Part shown: one piece after another, positions 1 to 9,318 of the stretch
How positions within the stretch are numbered: the stretch's first letter is position 1
How the letters are laid out: the number at the start of each line of letters is the position of its first letter
DNA from: an uncultured delta proteobacterium
GTDB taxonomy: Bacteria > Desulfobacterota > BSN033 > UBA1163
NCBI GenBank assembly: GCA_963708295.1
Contig: CAVPSJ010000004.1
Span: 640,001-704,000 of the forward strand
Reading direction: 5' to 3'
DNA length: 64,000 nt
Translations under genes and position numbers: made by a program
The notes under the pieces: generated by a model
Databases searched by the model: none
Told to the model about the DNA's origin: nothing
Seen by the model: only the letters and a program-made list of their open reading frames with translations

Positions 1-181
1 GAGTCTCAAGAGACAAGGCATGACCGCTTGCCCCGGAAACGGCAATCTTAATCAGCCACCGGATTTTCTCGGGCAGAGGGCCGGATTGCTCATGAATCGT
101 TTTCCCTAGTCCTTCGTGACCTTCGTACACGGCGGGAAACTCTTTTTTGAATTCTTTCAGCGCCCTGTGAATTTCTTTCAT
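1..181 (-). CDS. Carboxymuconolactone decarboxylase/AhpD-like protein (5' part; runs off the window edge)
   Basis: Manual translation MKEIHRALKEFKKEFPAVYEGHEGLGKTIHEQSGPLPEKIRWLIKIAVSGASGH...; AGGAG RBS upstream; resembles the CMD paralog at 32335. Confidence 0.75.
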   Translation of the reverse strand, partial: MKEIHRALKEFKKEFPAVYEGHEGLGKTIHEQSGPLPEKIRWLIKIAVSGASGHALSLET

Positions 182-777
182 CTTAGCTCTCCTTTCCTCA
201 CTGAAACGCTAAGAGATCGGCTTAACGTTTCAAAAGTTATTTTTACTCTTCAATCGGAAATCAAATGTCTTAGCTTTCAGTGCTTACCAGTCAACCTTGA
301 TCTATGCACTCCACGCCATGCCTGTCCGCCACAGCAGGCGCTATACGCGCGTCTGAAGAGAGCCGACTTTTTTACGGATGATACTGCGATTGCAAACTCA
401 AGGATAAGGATTTGACCCCATTCCCTATCGCCACTCTCTATTCGCAATATACACCCTATATAGACTCTTTGGAAGTGAATGTTTTCAGGAAGGAGTATTT
501 GGCCGGGAGTTTGGTCGGAAGACAAACCGCACTTGCTTAATTTGCTTAAGTATGTCCCCTGGGTCCCACCTCTTGTCAAGAGGTTGCCCTAAGCTGCATT
601 CTGCAATTGGAATACGCTATTTTTTTATAGATGGCGTAAATCCCTTTGAGGATTCTTATAATTTTATGGACGTCCGACTCTGATTTTATGGTATGGCTTG
701 TCAAAGATAGGCAATTGGCCCCGGTGACCCAGTTTTCTAATTAAAGAAACTTATAATTTTATGGTCATTCCCTGACC

Positions 778-1638
778 TCATCCCTGTGGTTCTCTCTTTT
801 TGAAAAGTTTCCTGAAAAATTTGGGTAGAAACCAGACGCCCGGAATGATCAGGACCAACCAGGGGATGACCGCAACGATAAAAGTAAGAATCGCTGCGAT
901 GCTTTCTGCGAATACACGACCCATCTGATGCCATGCGGACGCGATCGGTGCAAAGGCCCCCGTTTCTGCAATGGAGGGTTCGGGTCGAAAATCAATGGAA
1001 ACAGCAATTTTTTCGGTTTCGTTGGCAAGCGCTTTCCGGCTCGCCACCAGGGTATCCAATTCTGACTGCGCCTTGGACAGTTCCCTCTCCACCTCCACGA
1101 CATCCTTCAGGCTGCCGGTTCGACTCGTCATTATAGACCTCAGCCGGTTCCGTAGTTCGGTCGTATTTTTGATCTTGGCTTCGACATCAATGACCGTGGT
1201 CGTTTTGTCTTCACTCCCCGTATTTTGGGATACGACCTTGCCAACCTTATGGATATGCTCCACGAGAGGTTTTAGATTTTCCGGAAGAACGCGTAAAACA
1301 AGGTTGCCGGAAGGGGCTGAGTACGGAGTCTTTTTATTAATAGTAGACTCCATAATATCGCAATGGATACTCTCGCAGAACCCGATCATCGATTCCCAGG
1401 CCTTTTCTAACCCCGCCTCTGAAGTCTCCACGGTAAAATGATATCTCACTGCAATATAGCGTTTTGATTGGCCCTCCTGGAGGGGCTTGGATTTGTTGAA
1501 AGCCATTTCAGCTGGGGCAAGCGCTGCGCGAGGTTCGGAAGCCCTTTTGGCCTTTTCCTCGAACGCCATCTTTTTTTCCCCACAACCCGCTATCATCAAT
1601 AGCCCGATCATGCCAAGGAGTAGGATTTTTCTGATCAC
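778..1638 (-). CDS. DUF4349 domain lipoprotein
   Basis: Lipobox-like IAGC; EDKTTTVIDVEAKI...VERELSKAQSELD pattern; C-terminal TM segment; start moved to GTG at 1638 after AGGAG. Confidence 0.8.
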   Translation of the reverse strand: MIRKILLLGMIGLLMIAGCGEKKMAFEEKAKRASEPRAALAPAEMAFNKSKPLQEGQSKRYIAVRYHFTVETSEAGLEKAWESMIGFCESIHCDIMESTINKKTPYSAPSGNLVLRVLPENLKPLVEHIHKVGKVVSQNTGSEDKTTTVIDVEAKIKNTTELRNRLRSIMTSRTGSLKDVVEVERELSKAQSELDTLVASRKALANETEKIAVSIDFRPEPSIAETGAFAPIASAWHQMGRVFAESIAAILTFIVAVIPWLVLIIPGVWFLPKFFRKLFKKREPQG

Positions 1639-1892
1639 GGAGGCATTCTCCTTTCTGTAGATATTCTTGACGAGTTTCTTCGTCAATAATATAGACAACC
1701 GGAGTACAAGAAAGTTCCGCGCATGAGGTGGGGTCGCGGACGAGGGGGTGTATTCAGTTTGTCTTGGAGCAAACGAAAGCAAACTCAAGGATATGACCCC
1801 AATTTAGTGGGTATTTCTTTCATCGCTCAGCCGATCCCTCAATCTACTTCGCTCCTGGCTCACCGATCTGTCATCCCCTCGGAAAAGCTCTC

Positions 1893-3419
1893 CTATCTCC
1901 GACTTTTTAGGATGCCTAGTGTAGAGTGTAGACCTGACACCTGTGTCTTTTCCCTAGCCACTCTCCCGTCATTCCTTGGCAAAAGACACTCAGATGGAGA
2001 GAGAATCGTTACGCGGGTTGTGGCACGCGTAAGCGCTACATACCAATCCTTCCGGGTCATGTTGTCAGCGTGAATGATTACTGCGTGATCGAACTCAAGC
2101 CCCTTCACGAGAAGTGTGCTGCCGATGCTACGCTTCCCGATTTTGCGACCAGCATGACGGATACGATTCTGCGCCTCCCAAATGGCATCCGTGAGCGTGT
2201 CGCACCGCCGTGCGCACTTCATCTGTAACGCTGAGCGCATCGCAAAGAACATTTGTCCGCGATAAAGGCGGGTGGTTTTCCTGCAATGAAAGCCCAGGAT
2301 CAATTTGAGCACAGGTTCATCCGTAGTGCTCTCGGCAACGGCAACGCCCGTTTCAATCAACTGCCCAAACTTGGTAGCTCCACGCTTCTTGCCGACCTGA
2401 TGGGATTTCACGGAATCAAGAAAATCCTTCTTCTCGGTTCCAGTCATGCAAGCGCCGATGAAATCAAGAGTGTTTTCAAGGCGCTTGAATCCTGTGGCAG
2501 GCTCGATCTTCTGCGCAAACCCGTAGAGATGTCCGCAATCGAGAGGTTCAATATTTGAAAAACCCACCGTCGCGAGCTTCTGGGCGAGCCCAACGCGTCT
2601 ATTTATGTTGGCCGGATCATCGATAACGACCAATCGCCCGTCGCCCGCCTTCCCCATCACACTCTTGCATGTACCTACGATCTTGGCTAGCCTGAAACCG
2701 GGGTCATCTGGAAGGTGTTCCCAGTTCACACATTTCGGACGACTTGTCAGATCTATTGCCCCTCCTTGCTCAAGTGTGCGGCGGACATCAGCAAGCCAGT
2801 CCGCTAGTTCGACATTTTTTGCATTATACCATCGCCAGGGAGTGGTCAGTTCCCCTACCTTCTTGAACACAGGAAATACGTCAGAGTCCCAATCAACGGG
2901 ATTCTGACCTTTGAAGTCGAAGATAGCCTGAAGTGGATCGCCGAAAACGCACACGGGGAGAAAGGCAGCGATAGCCTCGACGACTTGGTGCTGCAGGCCC
3001 GTGCAGTCTTGGTATTCGTCGACAAACACTCCCGAATAGGATGACGCCAATACTCCTTTGACGGCGCCACCTTGGATGAGTTTGATAGTCGCCTCGTATA
3101 CACAGTTCCACTCTATGCCGGTTCTGGGGTTATAGCAAGAGAGACCGGATTGTTTTGGGTATGAAGCCGAATACCAAAGACACCAGCATGCGATTGTATC
3201 GATGCGAAATTTGCCATTCGGGACCCCGTGCTTCTTAAGGCGCAAGCGAAGGGCATCGACACCTGCATGGGTGTGAGTCAATATTAGTCGACGGCCTTCA
3301 GCGACCCAGGTCGCGAGCGCGATCTGCTCAGTTTTCCCACAGCCCGCCGCTGCAATTATACTTCCGCGCTCCAAACTAGCAGCAAGTCGAGCGATTTCTG
3401 TATCTTGATCGTTACTCAT
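1893..3419 (-). CDS. UvrD-like SF1 helicase (GajB-like)
   Basis: Walker A AAAGCGKT, LTHTHAG, VDEYQD, FGDPLQAI, KGLEFD, YVALTRA; overlaps the stop of the upstream OLD nuclease. Confidence 0.85.
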   Translation of the reverse strand: MSNDQDTEIARLAASLERGSIIAAAGCGKTEQIALATWVAEGRRLILTHTHAGVDALRLRLKKHGVPNGKFRIDTIACWCLWYSASYPKQSGLSCYNPRTGIEWNCVYEATIKLIQGGAVKGVLASSYSGVFVDEYQDCTGLQHQVVEAIAAFLPVCVFGDPLQAIFDFKGQNPVDWDSDVFPVFKKVGELTTPWRWYNAKNVELADWLADVRRTLEQGGAIDLTSRPKCVNWEHLPDDPGFRLAKIVGTCKSVMGKAGDGRLVVIDDPANINRRVGLAQKLATVGFSNIEPLDCGHLYGFAQKIEPATGFKRLENTLDFIGACMTGTEKKDFLDSVKSHQVGKKRGATKFGQLIETGVAVAESTTDEPVLKLILGFHCRKTTRLYRGQMFFAMRSALQMKCARRCDTLTDAIWEAQNRIRHAGRKIGKRSIGSTLLVKGLEFDHAVIIHADNMTRKDWYVALTRATTRVTILSPSECLLPRNDGRVAREKTQVSGLHSTLGILKSRR

Positions 3420-5147
3420 CTACCCATTGCCTCAATTTGGAGATTATCTTCGCTAATGGAGTTTTGGGAATTTGACCGAGGCGTGGCGCAATAATCTCAG
3501 CTAACCGTTCACCTCTCGTGATATCCTTGAACCATGGATTGTTTTTATTCTTCGCTGCTATTCCGATGGCGTGGCGAAAGTCCGCATTGTCACACGACCT
3601 TTGAAGCGTGAGGCCCGTGATTTTAGATAATCCTTTTCTCTCACAAGCGTTATTGATGTTATCCTTAACACTATCCGTCCCTACGGATTTCTCGGCAAAT
3701 TTTATGACTTCAATGACTGTTTCCCACGGTATATCCAATAATATTCGTTCCTCTGTCGAACAGGCATCCGGCCATTCGAGGACTATTCCACCTTTCTTCT
3801 TCACACTTTCAACCAGATTGGGGGGCGCCACCTCATCTGTGTCGAGAAGCATTAAAACCTTGTAGCCAAGGTCAAGGAGAAGCTCTGAAATGACGGGAGC
3901 ATCGGAATTGCCGCCCCCATCGATGGCTATCACGCCTCGAAGTGCGAACGAATCCTTGCCCCTCAGTGCCCACCAAGCGTCTAAGCCACGGAACAAACCT
4001 TGTTCTGTTCGTCCCTCCCCGACCAGGATTCTTCGCGCAAGAAATGCATCAGGTGAACTCCGCAAGTAACGCTGGGCAGTTTCGAGGTGTTTCGCAGTCG
4101 CCGCTATGGAGCGGATCTCTGTCACGCCAGCTTCCGCACGGACAGCGAATATGTCAGAGATTGTCAATTCACGGATGACGACCGGGGAATGGGTGGTCAT
4201 GAATATTTGAGACGCAAGGTCTTTCTCTTTACCTGTTGTTGGGGACTGGAGATACTTGAGTAATCGTGCAATTCGGTGCGGCTCAAGCCCATGCTCGATT
4301 TCATCGATAAGCGCAATGTGCGAGCCGCCGGCGTCATGCTGAAGCGCAGAGACAATCAATCTGGATGAACCCGTTCCGAGTCGCCTCAACGGCAACTTGC
4401 CGTCGTGAAGTGCAATCCCACCGGCCGTAATATTGACGCCCTGAACATCAAGCTCTGCTGCATACTTGTCACGTACGGGTACAGAAAAGTGCTTTCCAAG
4501 CTCCTCTGCTCGGGAAACACTCTCTTTAAAGACACTGTCGTTATCCTGCCGAAAAGCCTCGCGGGCCGCCCTGCTAGCCTGCGCCAGTTGAAGGCTTATG
4601 CTGTCTGTGGTCTCACTTATTCGTGTGAGAATCGACTGACGGCCCCAACCGAGATGCCGCTCCGCGTACGCTCCAAGACGGGTAGTCGCCAACTGCTTGG
4701 CATCCTTGTAGCGAAGCGTTGGCGGATCGCCCTCTTCTTCACCAATTCGGTCGTTGAAGATGGACCAACGCGCTTCAAGCGACTTGTCGATCGTGACGCG
4801 GATGGAAAGCGCATCCTCAAGACCTTCACCAGGTTCGTCATCGACCTTTGATGCCTGCTCGTTCCATCCCCGGAGATACATACCATAGCGATCATCCGAT
4901 CTAAATTCAGAGGACAGGCTGGCCAGGGTGATCGTAATCTCTATTGACTTGTCAACGTCAAGATTGAAGAAATCCGAGTCATCCGAAAAAACGTAGGATC
5001 TGGGGTTCAGGGCAAGCTCGATGGCATCAAGTATTGTCGTTTTAGTAGAATCTCCCGGACCGATGAGGCAGTTCACTCCCCCCTGGGTGCCCAATTCAAC
5101 TCCCTAATGCCCCTAAAATTTCGAATTTCGACAAAGACAATTCGCAT
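3412..5147 (-). CDS. OLD-family ABC ATPase/TOPRIM endonuclease (GajA-like); frameshift near the poly-C run at ~5077-5083
   Basis: N-terminus MRIVFVEIRNFRGI from ATG 5147 joins NCLIGPGDSTKTT; LGTG signature, IDEIEHGLEPH, TTHSP, TOPRIM VGEGRTE and DTD. Confidence 0.85.
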
Positions 5148-5223
5148 GGGACACACCTCCTCGGGTCCCGGCATTTTTTCAAACCTGTAGGACCCCTGTC
5201 TCGAAGCCGGTACACCGTGCTCA

Positions 5224-6984
5224 TCATGACGCTATCGCCTCACAAAGCGTGGCTTCGAGGAGTTGGCGTCGGGTGGTCGCGGCTTCGGTGAGCTGGACTT
5301 CCAGTTCGTCGCACAGCGCCATCAGTTCGTCCACCTTCGCCACGATCCGTTGTTGTTCGGCGAGGGGTGGGAAGGGAATTCTAAATCTACGCAGCATTTT
5401 CGAGCCCAAGATCAGGGACGCCGATCCTTTGTGCAACTCGTCATAGGCTATTGAGACCAAGAGTGGAGTCAAGAAATCGTTGCAGGTAGTGTTTATCGAC
5501 AAGCTCATGCTTGGCGGATTCAGAAAGACGAGTAAGAAATCAAGAATCTCGAGTCGACTTCACTATTGCGCGCATTACCTAACGGGCTCCGATTTGACAA
5601 TGACAATGTCACCAGATCGCTTTACCCGAACCTTGGCGAATAGTCCTTTATAGTCTCTTCAGCAACATATTAGGCGTTACAAAGTCAATGGTTCCGTGGT
5701 CGCATATGTCTTCGCCGAAAGAATGGCATATCCATCAGTCGACCGTTTGGGGCATATTGTGACAACATCGGCACGTTCACACAGAAAATCGCCGATAAGC
5801 CCATCGCCAGGTTGACGGAATGGGAAATACGCCGGGGCAATTCAGCTGATCGAGCGGTGACTGGCCCTTTCTGCGAGTCGCACCAAACTTGCGATTTTCT
5901 GGATGAACTAGCTTTCAATCGGCTTAAGAGTTCCGCACGCTGGCTCATCCTCGTTGCGTTGCGGGACGAGTTTGCCGCGGACGGCGAGGTTGAGGATGGT
6001 CTGGCGGAGTTGGTGGATGTGTTCGGGGCGGGTGGTGAGGCGCGGGAGGTGGTTGAAGTAGAAACGGGCGCTCTCCTCGAAAGTGGGATGGGCCCCTGGT
6101 TCCGAGCTGTCCCCACCATTATTCAGTCCGTGCAGGGTCGCCGCCACCAGCCGGTCGCGCCGCCTTTCGCGCTTGGCCTGCGCCGCCTCCAGTTCGTCGC
6201 ACAGCGCCATCAGTTCGTCCACCTTCGCCACGATCCGGTGTTGTTCGGCGAGGGGTGGAAGGGGAACGGGAAGTTGCGTAGCATCTGCTCTGAGGACACG
6301 TTATCTAGACCAGCCTGCTCTCGCCATTGTCATCTTCGTCGATAAATCAGCAGACTCGATGAACAGGTGAAGAATTAGCGTCAAATGCAGTATGAAGTCG
6401 GCAACGATCGAATGATGCGATGCGAGACGAGTTTACTGCGAAGATCGCTCGTTACACAGCGCGGATCTTCCGATAGATCCCTGCGATGTACAATAGGACG
6501 TCGCCGCTCTTGAAGCAGCGTACATGCCTGACCAGTCTGCACGTCCGCCATCGTGCAACGTGATAAAGCCTGCAGTCCACATCAGACCTGTCTCGATGCT
6601 CACTGGATAACGATGATCCGCCTGAATCGATACTGCTTGGCCATACGACGTTGGATTGCTTCCCATGCGTCATGAGATTGATCACGCCATCCGAGCCGAA
6701 CGCACCCATGCCCAGTTACTCGGAATGTCGAAAGGCACATCTCGTGCTCTCGAATGGCTGGTAATGGCTTCTGCTTCCGGATTTCACCGGCTTTGATAAG
6801 CCGTTCCTTCTCTGCCTCAATCCGCTTCAGCAGCTCCGACGCCGGCTCATCCGTCCGGGTCCTGCTCCACGAGTTTCCCTCGCACGGCCAGATCCAGAAT
6901 GAACCGCCGCAGGCGCGGCACGGCGTCGGGGGCTTCGCTGATCTGCTCGAAGTGCTTGAGCAGCCAATCAGGGTTCATCGTCAT
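5224..6984 (-). CDS. hsdS: Type I RM specificity subunit; conserved regions readable, both TRDs full of indels
   Basis: MNPDWLLKHFEQISEAPDAVPRLRRFILDLAVRGKLV; two PPLAEQxRIVAKVDELMALCDELE blocks; LRQTILNLAVRGKLVPQ. Confidence 0.85.
5301..6267. repeat. Near-identical ~75-bp direct repeats (about 5301-5377 and 6189-6267) encoding the HsdS conserved regions
   Basis: ccagttcgtcgcacagcgccatcagttcgtccaccttcgccacgatccg...ttgttcggcgaggggtgg present twice. Confidence 0.9.
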
Positions 6985-7174
6985 CGTCCCCCCGATTCGC
7001 TTTGCAGCGCTGCCTCGGCCCACTCCATCAGCCGTTTCTTCAAATCCTCTTTGGAAGGCAGATAGAGCTGGTATTGGGAGGCATAGATGTTTGCGTCTTT
7101 CGGCAAGGTCAGTTCCACCATGGCGTCATGCTTCTTCTTCGGAAAGAATTTCCGAGAAGCCTTCTCGGAAATTC
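6981..7174 (-). pseudogene. DUF1016/YhcG PD-(D/E)xK nuclease remnant (linker motif plus C-terminus only)
   Basis: ISEKASRKF followed by KKKHDAMVELTLPKDANIYASQYQLYLPSKEDLK, a typical YhcG C-terminus; stop overlaps the hsdS start (ATGA). Confidence 0.7.
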
Positions 7175-7328
7175 GAGACGTTTCGCCGAACGGTCCCGAT
7201 CGATCAATTACGGACAATTACGGACCGCTCGGCGAGCGGTCTGCCGTCCCTACCAATGCGTCAATCATCGGACGGCTCGGCGACGTCCCTACTATCAATT
7301 CCGGACGTTTCGGCGAAACGTCCCTACC
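7175..7328. repeat. REP cluster downstream of RAYT (about 4 copies, some degenerate)
   Basis: Units such as ggacgtttcggcgaaacgtccctacc (7303-7328), ggacggctcggcgacgtccctac and ggaccgctcggcgagcggtc; GTAG tetranucleotide plus GC-rich hairpin. Confidence 0.85.
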
Positions 7329-7873
7329 AAACCAAACGTAGGGCCATTCTTCTGCTGAGGTTACGAGGCCTGCGCGAACCGGGTTTTGCACAATGTAATT
7401 CCATTTTTCGGCAAGCGATGCTTCGTTGCGGATACGGTGGTCGAAGAAATCGCGCTGCCAATGGATGCTAACATGTCGGGCGGTGTAGCGTTTCCAGTCG
7501 CTGATGATCCGTTGCATGGACCTGATCTTCAGGGAAGACAGATTAATCCATGAACGTGGTCCGGCATGAAAAGCATGAGCCGCGGCCACCATTGGCCTTT
7601 TTCAATGCGCACGACCAGGCTTTCCACCAGGCCTTCCGCGACCGCAGGGATTGCCAACTGATTTTCACCTCGTGGAACAGTATTGATCGTAATGAAAAAC
7701 GTAGCCCCGTCGGAGACCCAGTCCGGAACGTCATGAGAAAGGATTTTGCGTCTGGGTAGGGCGGTTTCGCCGAAACCGCCGTTTGATTCAGGTCGGACGT
7801 TCTCGCCGAGAGCGCCGTTTTCATTCGATTGCGGACGGCTCGGCGAGCCGTCCCTACCAAGATCGTCTTTCAT
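7218..7873 (-). mobile_element. REP-associated tyrosine transposase (RAYT, Y1 HUH family); one frameshift near 7530
   Basis: TFFITINT, HUH motif MPDHVH, WQRDFFDHRIR, catalytic-Tyr motif WNYIVQNPVRAGLV...WPY. Confidence 0.9.
7754..7858. repeat. REP cluster at the 5' end of RAYT (3 copies, inverted arrangement)
   Basis: ggtagggcggtttcgccgaaaccgcc; ggacgttctcgccgagagcgcc; ggacggctcggcgagccgtccctacc. Confidence 0.85.
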
Positions 7874-9311
7874 CGCAGCAGCGCCTCCTCCAGAATGGCC
7901 TTCAGCCGGTCGCGGAGTTTGGCCGTTTCCGCTTCGCTCTCCTCCAGCTTGGCCAGCAGTTCGGCGGGGTCGCCGTGGTCTTCCTCGACGGTATGTGGGT
8001 TCTTGAAATCGAGGTTGTAGTTGCGGGCCTTGATCTCGTCGATCGTGACCTTCCAGGCGACTTCGTTTCCCTCGCGCTTCTCCCACCAGTCGATGCAGGG
8101 CTTCAGGTGCTCGAAGCGGATCGGCTTGGTCATCGAGTAGGCCTTCTGGCCCTCGGGGACGCGGTGCTCGTAGTACCAGATTTCCTTGGTCTGCGTGCCC
8201 TTCTCGAAGAAAAGCAGATTGGTGCCGATGGAGGCGTAGGGTTTGAAGACGCTGTTGGGCAGGCGGACGATGGTGTGGAGGTTGCACTCCTCCAGCAGGT
8301 GCTCCTTCAGCCGCGTCTTGACCCCTTCGCCAAACAGGGTGCCGTCGGGCAGAACCACGGCGGCGCGGCCGCCGGATTTGAGCAGGCGCACGATGAGGGC
8401 GAGGAAGAGGTCGGCGGTCTCCCGGGTCTGGAAGTGTTTTGGGAAGTTGGTCTCGATGCCGTCTTCCTCGCGGCCGCCGAAGGGCGGATTGGTGAGGACG
8501 ATGTCCACCCGGTCGGACTGGCCGTAGCTGATGTAGGGACGGGCCAGGGTGTTGTCGTGGCGGACGAAGGAGGGATCGTCGATGCCGTGGAGCAGCATAT
8601 TGGTGACACAGAGCATGTGCGGGAAGCTGCTTCTTCTCGGTGGCGCGCAGGCCCTGCTGCATCTTCTGTTCGTCGGCCGGGGTCTTCACGTAGCGCTCGC
8701 GCATGTGGCGGATGGCGCAGGTGAGGAAGCCGCCGGTGCCGCAGGCGGGGTCGAAGAGGATCTCGCCGGGCTTGGGGTCGATGCGGTCGGCCATGAAGGC
8801 GGTGACGGCGCGGGGAGTGTAGTACTCGCCGGCGTTGCCGGCGCTCTGGAGGTCGTTCAGGATCTGCTCGTAGATGTCGCCGAAGTGCTGGCGCTCGGCA
8901 AGGTTGTTGAAGTCGATGGCGTTGATCTTGTTGATCACCTGGCGCATGAGCTGGCCGGACTTCATGTAGTTGTAGGCGTCCTCGAAGACATCGCGCACCA
9001 CGCGGCGCCGGCCGTCCTGTGCCGGTGCCGGGCAGTTCTTTGAGCGCGGGGAAAAGCTCATCGTTGATGAAGGCCATCAGCGCGTCGCCGGTCATGCCTT
9101 CGGGGTTGGCGGCCCAGGCGCGCCATTGGAGCTTTTCGGGAATGGGCGAGCGGTAGCCCTTCTGCATCAGTTCCAGTTCCTGATCCTGGTCGTCGATGAT
9201 CTTGAGAAAGAACATCCAGCAGAGCTGGGAGATGCGCTGGGCATCGCCATCGACGCCGACATCCTGGCGCATGATGTCTTGAATGGATTTGACGGTGGTT
9301 CGTACATTCAT
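7870..9311 (-). CDS. hsdM: Type I RM N6-adenine methyltransferase subunit; frameshifts near 9030 and 8620
   Basis: MNVRTTVKSIQDIMRQD; GEYYTPR; DPACGTGGFL; NPPFGG. Confidence 0.92.
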
Positions 9312-9318
9312 GAATGAA

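Noticed and set aside
200-770. Short ORFs and weak hairpins between the CMD and DUF4349 genes
   Set aside because: No RBS, protein motif, tRNA or riboswitch pattern that I could support.
7175-7858. Short repeated palindromes as a CRISPR array
   Set aside because: Mixed orientation, irregular short spacing, GTAG-hairpin form and an adjacent RAYT identify them as REPs; no cas genes in the window.
5224-7873. Diversity-generating retroelement or invertase shufflon acting on hsdS
   Set aside because: No reverse transcriptase, template repeat, site-specific recombinase or inverted silent hsdS copy in the window.
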